Part shown: piece by piece, positions 52,966 through 64,000 of the stretch
Layout: every line of letters begins with the position of its first letter
How positions within the stretch are numbered: position 1 is the first letter of the stretch
NCBI GenBank assembly: GCA_000165345.1
Contig: CM000433.1
Span: forward strand, 640,001 to 704,000
Direction of reading: 5' to 3'
DNA length: 64,000 nucleotides
Position numbers and translations under genes: made by a program
Notes under the pieces: model-generated
Seen by the model: the letters and a program-made list of their open reading frames with translations, nothing else
What the model was told of the DNA's origin: nothing
Database searches by the model: none

Positions 52966-53578
52966 GAAAGGTTGAATTTCGACTAAAACAAAAATAAGAG
53001 GTTAATATTAGGTAGGAGGGCCAATTAGAAGAAAGAAAAGTGTGGTGAAACAAGAGGAAATATATTGAGCAGAAATATAAGTGATAGTCAGTTGTATTTT
53101 TTTGTGTGATAACATTATTACGGGTTTTATTGAGTCAGTAATAACAGTCTTATACTAGTATTAAAAAAAAAAAGAGTAAATAGGCATTTTGATAAATTAA
53201 GGACGGGTAACTTTGATGATAAAGCATTTTTAGCTTAAGGAGAGAGTATTTTGGTCAATTATAAGTTTATGGTTGGCTAATTTTTATGCAGTTTATGTAT
53301 AGAATTCAAAGTGAGTAGCTTTGAATATCAACAAGGGCGAAAGCCCTTTATATATCTATTACTATTGTATATCAATATAATTATTACATTAAATGTCTCT
53401 TAAAAGAATTCAGAGAGGTTTAATTAAAGAAGAATTCAAGAATTCAAGGTAATCTTTGAATGGAATTATTTATTATTTTTTTTTGTTTTAATATGCTGAA
53501 ATGCCTTTTTGATGTTAAATAGGAAAACGAGAGCAGATTAGTATTAGTGAATCTTGTATTATATTAAAAAAATTTAAG

Positions 53579-56500
53579 ATGTCCAAGAGTAAATATGAGG
53601 AGGAATGGGAGGAGAAGTTTGCAAAAAATATTGAAGGTAGCAAGATTAGTAGAGATATCAGTGATATTCTTTATGATATTGAGAAAAGTTGTTTAAAGCC
53701 TTTAATATACTTTTTAAAGTCAATCCCTTCTGGGTTTGCTCCACTTCCACTTCCCTCTCTGGAAGCTATATTGGAGCATAGTGAAAACGAATATGTTTCA
53801 TCTTCTTTTGGAGTTGAGAGAAGTATAGAAAGTGAAATTCGAAACTTAGGGACTAATTTCTGGTTCGATATGGTTATGAGTAATGGATCTGGGCCATTCA
53901 ATTCTAAGCAAATTAATTCTCCAAATGTATTTAATCATTGCTTAGTTAATAAGCTTAAACGTGTTTCTCGTAATGATGATTCAAAGGTAAATGATGAAGA
54001 AAAGGAACATGGTTGCGAAAATAGCACTTCTAATAATCATAATGATGATGATATAAATCATGGTAGTAATCAAGTTAATCAAGAAGATGAAAATTCACAA
54101 TATAAGAGTAAAAACTTTCAGATTGTGATTTCTCTTCAACAAATGTTGCATATTTATAGAATTGGAGGTATTAATAATGAAAATGTTTGGACAGCTTTAT
54201 TTGGAGCACAAATAATGGATCATCAAAGTAATAAAGTAGTTATTAAATATATTATGCCTTCATTTCTTTCAAATCAGATTCTAATGGATGCATATACAAA
54301 CATTATACAGATTTCAGAGCCTCAGAATAATTCAATGCAAATTTATATGTATTGTAGAAATATTTTAAAACATTTTTGTACTGATATTATTACTCCCAGA
54401 ATACTTATACATGCAAATATATTCTTATTATGGAATAGTACATTGAAAGATTTTTTCAATAATAAAACATATGATAAATTTCTCTCTGATATATTTAATA
54501 CAACTTCAGATAATTCACCAAAAGATTCAAATAACTCAAGTAATAATCATAGAAGCTCTTCTGATAGTGTCTTTTCTTTATATTCTGGCTTATTAGGTGG
54601 AACATTACCAAGCTTGCTTTTACTCAAAGTAATTGAGGAGGAATTTGCAAAGTTTAGTGTACTTACTCATTTTTTGATTCGAATCTTTGGTTATTTAGAC
54701 AGAAATAGCTGTCATGTATTTTCAAATTCACCAGATCTGAATATTACAGCTTTGTTGTACTTTTATAAGTGTGTATTCTTTCCATTATCATCATCATTTA
54801 CAGCAGCTTTATTAAATATAATTACAGTTGAGAGAGATTTCTTTGTACAAGCTTGTCTTAGAAGTTTATTTTCTCCAAAAATGAGTGACAAAAATGTATT
54901 TGATTGTATTAAAAGAATTGAGGATAGTGAGAAGGAGATAATAGAAATGGATGAAGTTGATGATGTTGAGGAGATTATATTAGGATCTTTTAGAGGATGT
55001 GAAAGAGGAACATCTTTGATTAAATGCAAAAAGGAGACCCATTTTTCTATTGATATGGATAATATTTATAGTAATTTAACAGTTGATAAGTTTCCTGGTG
55101 AAAGTTATAATAGGGTTTTATTTAATGTAATTAATAATATTATTTTAATAATGAGTAATAACTCAAGTAATAAGATTTTTCTAAAAAGGACAAATACTTC
55201 AGGGATTTATGATGACTATTTGGTTTCCAGATTTGGTAATACATCATCTTCATCTTCCTCTTCCTCTTCTTCAAATTCATCATGTTTTTTGGATAATAAA
55301 CTTAAAATGACTCGAGTTCCCAATTTTAAGATTGAGAAAAGAGTAACAGGGTTAAATAGAACATCAATAACAATAGATCCATATAGAGATTTAGAAGAAA
55401 ACCTTTTAGGTTTAAATAAAAGTTGTAAGATTTCTGGATTATTTTGGTTTCCACAGGAAGAAATCGATCAAACAGTATATAAGAATACGGTAGAAGAACC
55501 ATTTTTAAGAGGAACTTTGTATTACTATTATAATAGACTTGATGGTTTATTTGGATTTTTAGATTTGAAGCAAAGTTGTATGTTGGTCAACAGTATTTTA
55601 TTAAACGAAGAAAAAAGAGTTGTGAAAATCTTTCCAAAAAGATCTCATGCAGGATTTTTTAAACTTTTAGAGAGTGTATTGTTTTACTTTTTATCAAGAA
55701 AGCTGTTGGAGTCATATAAACAGAGTGTTTGTGGTATAATATTTCTAAATAAGAAAGAGATGAATGGTAACGATGTGGAATTATTAGATAGAAATGATAA
55801 GAATCTAAAATTTTGTTCTTTATTCAAGGGAAGTATTAGATCTTATATTAATAATGATAATTACTGTGCATTAAGATCAATTTACTTGTTGTTCTTAAAG
55901 GATACTTTAAGATCAAACTCTCATAATATTTTAAATAAGATATTATTAAAATCTGAGACTTGTAGTCGCCACAAGAAGTTAGAATTTCCAATAGGAAATC
56001 TTCAAATAGATATTTCAAAACTATCAAGTTCAATAGGAACAAGCACAAACAACCAAAATGGATCAAATAATAAATCAATTTCTACTGGCTCATCCAGACA
56101 GTCTTGCTTTGTATATTTAGCTTATGTAATATATGAATCAATAATAGAAGATGTCTGGAAAGTAATGAAAATTGAGAATGATGATTTATTAAAGAGCGAG
56201 AAGAATAACTCAATAAGAATGAGTGATAGATTTCTTAGTATTCAAATAATACTATCAATGTTGAAAAGATATAGAAGATTTGTCAAGATTTCTTTTGAAA
56301 ATGACAAAGTATTAAAAAAGATAATACATAGAGCATTCTATGATGGGCTTATATTACATCTCCAAAACTCAATTTCTCCAAACAATTACAATTTAGTTTT
56401 ATTCATGCTTTCCGCATGGATAGCTTCTTTTATTGACAATAGAATAATTCAAATTCACAGTATTTTTTCCCTTTTCAATGATGGAAAGCTTATAAATTGT

Positions 56501-57710
56501 ATAAATAGCTCAAATTGTGGTGGGTTTTCAATCGGTATTCAAGGAAAACCACAACTACAGAAGAAATCAACTCTAAGGGTTTTTTCAAAGTTTGTTTTTG
56601 ATTGGTTTAATAAATTCCTTGTAATTAGGTACTTGAATTACCAGGAATTGAATGAAATTGAAGAGATAATTTCAAATGGAATATTAATTATTGAGAAGAT
56701 TATTGAATCCAAAGACTTCTCAAAGATTTGTAATATTCTCATTAACAATATAATCAATAGTGTTTCTTTAATTAAACTACTTCCAAACTTTGAAGTAATA
56801 ATCTCATTATACAAAGACAGACTTTGTAAAAGATTACTAAATATAAATATGTTAGGCGCCAATCCAAACTTGACAAATGCGCGGGAAATTGCATGCATGG
56901 GGTTACAAGTTTGTTTGGAGCATTTTGTATTACTTTGTTTGGAGGAGAGTAGAGGAGTAGATGGGGACTTTAATTATTTGGGTGGAGAGGCGGGGATTAA
57001 TGACTTACTTTCAGCAATTGAGAATGATCGAAGTTGTTGGATGGAGACATTTCCAGGAAATTTGAGTGTAGAGGGTTACGAGAGTGAGAAAGCGAACAAA
57101 TCTTATTTGAATGATGATCGAATAGTTGGGGATTCAATGAATGTATCATTAAACAGCCTGAGGTCTTTGCTGGAGGATTTTTTGAGATCAATGTTTTCCA
57201 GAAGGAAAATAAATCATGAATTTCAAGTATTTTTAACAAGTAGTTTTAATTGGAGAAAAATGAATAACTATGTACTAACTCCAGTAGTTATGAGCAGATC
57301 TTCCTTTGATGATGAGATTAGTCAGAAGACAAATTCCGAGGAATTTTTGTATGGTTATTGTAATAATAATAAAAATTACAAGGATGTGAATATACCAGAA
57401 AAGATTAAGAAAGAAATTTCAAGATTTGAGTCTGAATATAAAAAAGAATTCCCCCATAGAAAGATTAATTGGCTCTGGGAGAATGGATTTGTAGTTTTGG
57501 AAGCCAAAGGTTTTAAGGCAAAAGTTTTAATTAATAAAAAAGAAGTAATTGGTGAATTAGTCAACTTTACTGTCATTTCTTCATTGTCAGTTTCTATCAT
57601 TTTGCTAAGAATGGGTGAATTTAAAGAAGGCCAGGAAATTACATTGGGAGATTTAGTTGATTATACGTGTTTGCCAATGATTGAGGTTGCGAGAGTATTG
57701 TTGAGTTTGT
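53579..57710 (+). CDS. Cullin-homology-domain protein (cullin family), large with N-rich inserts. The 3' end runs into the N-masked region and cannot be placed.
   Basis: Last readable segment HRKINWLWENGFVVLEAKGFKAKVLINKKEVIGELVNFTVISSLSVSIILLRMGEFKEGQEITLGDLVDYTCLPMIEVARVLLSL fits the cullin homology domain pattern (ELqVStfQmavLLlFN....t..ei...tgi...eLkrtLqSL). A cullin-repeat-like FEVIISLYKDRLCKRLL is also present. 1370+ aa of continuous ORF. Confidence 0.55.
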
Positions 57711-58481
57711 NNNNTNCNANTCNGAANTNNNTNAANNNTTNTNANCNNANTAANNNTCNNTNNAAANTANNNATNCNANTANCNNNNNANNANATTNTAT
57801 CATNNNNNNNNTTNGNNNAATNNAGANNNNNTNNTCNTNNTNTNTNANNNTATTNTNNANANTTGNGANNNNNTNANANTNTNTNANNANAANNTTNNNN
57901 TANGNNNCANNNTNNTTNNNNATNAACNTNCNTTTTTANNNNTNANNTNTTCNTCTTTATGATTNTTAANNTCNNTTNNNATANNCNNNGNTTNNNNAAN
58001 AANTCANNTTTANNNTNNTNANNNNNTTNNNNTTCTNTCNNATTNTNAATANNTATATNAATTANAACGANNTNNNTNANGNANNACNNNTNTATTNAAN
58101 NNTNAATNTTNNNNNTNATTTNNAATAAGNATAAGANNNNANTTTNNATNTNTNTNAANANNTTNTGGNNNTCCNGATTNATTGTNNTANATNNAATNNA
58201 NNNNANTNANTACANNATTNTNATTNTTNTCCAAANNTNATNNNATTANGCNTATCCAATAAAGCAGATGAACAATTNTGATTNTNTTNGNAATTATNAA
58301 TNCAAANCTANCANNTTNATATATAGANNTAANTNNNGTNNANNATNTNACGAGTCTNATAANTTNGANANCTNNANTNNNTTCAATNNTACTTAANANT
58401 NANAAANATTCNNTNNANNNTCAANNTCTNCAATTATACNTTTANNAGTNNTNTNANTNNTNTCNTGTTTAATAATTNCTC

Positions 58482-58505
<24 letters not shown>
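57711..58505. other. Randomly N-masked / low-quality sequence block. About half the bases are n in an irregular pattern. It is uninterpretable.
   Basis: Directly visible: nnnntncnantcngaantnnntnaannntt... The block spans the junction between the cullin-like (+) and midasin-like (-) gene ends. The ORF-track entries at 58010..58234 and 58062..58259, and the X-containing tails of the two large ORFs, are artefacts of this block. Confidence 0.95.

Positions 58506-64000
<5,495 letters not shown>

Noticed and set aside
58010-58259. ORFs 58010..58234 and 58062..58259 and the X-rich tails of the two large ORFs.
   Set aside because: They lie wholly inside the N-masked block. No codon there can be trusted.

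Overview
This 64 kb window looks like nuclear DNA from an AT-rich, gene-dense, intron-poor eukaryote. The intergenic regions carry the promoter motif vocabulary described for Cryptosporidium: E2F-like GGCGGGAA / GGCGCCAA, AP2-like TGCATGCA, and G-box elements (assignment from memory, not checked). I can support about 24 protein-coding genes, most recognisable by eye. On the + strand: a CCCH zinc-finger protein, a PP2C phosphatase, a SNF2 helicase (3 exons), Pol5/MYBBP1A, an FHA protein, Brr2/SNRNP200 (4 exons, ~2391 aa), RTF1, apicortin (2 exons), a type-B carboxylesterase homolog (4 exons), and a cullin-homology protein. On the - strand: an RS-repeat protein, a coiled-coil EAENG-repeat protein, Clp1, a GH13 alpha-amylase-family enzyme, a JJJ1/DNAJC21-like J protein, a NudC-like CS-domain protein (6 exons, 169 aa), ribosomal protein S7, NAA10/ARD1, and a partial midasin-like multi-AAA ATPase that runs off the window end. 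I found no rRNA, tRNA, CRISPR array or mobile element. Bases 57711-58505 are randomly masked with N and cannot be interpreted; they sit exactly where two convergent large genes meet. Things worth a second look are listed under findings. They include promoter-type motif clusters in unexpected places (inside Brr2 introns, inside the cullin-like CDS, and in two convergent 3' gaps), and a recurring palindromic TACCGGTA / GCATGTGGACGCAT composite element at divergent promoters. They also include an esterase homolog whose catalytic His appears replaced, a Gly-rich extension on Clp1, and a structured-looking gene-free interval. All homology calls are from reading the translations against remembered family signatures. 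No database search was run.
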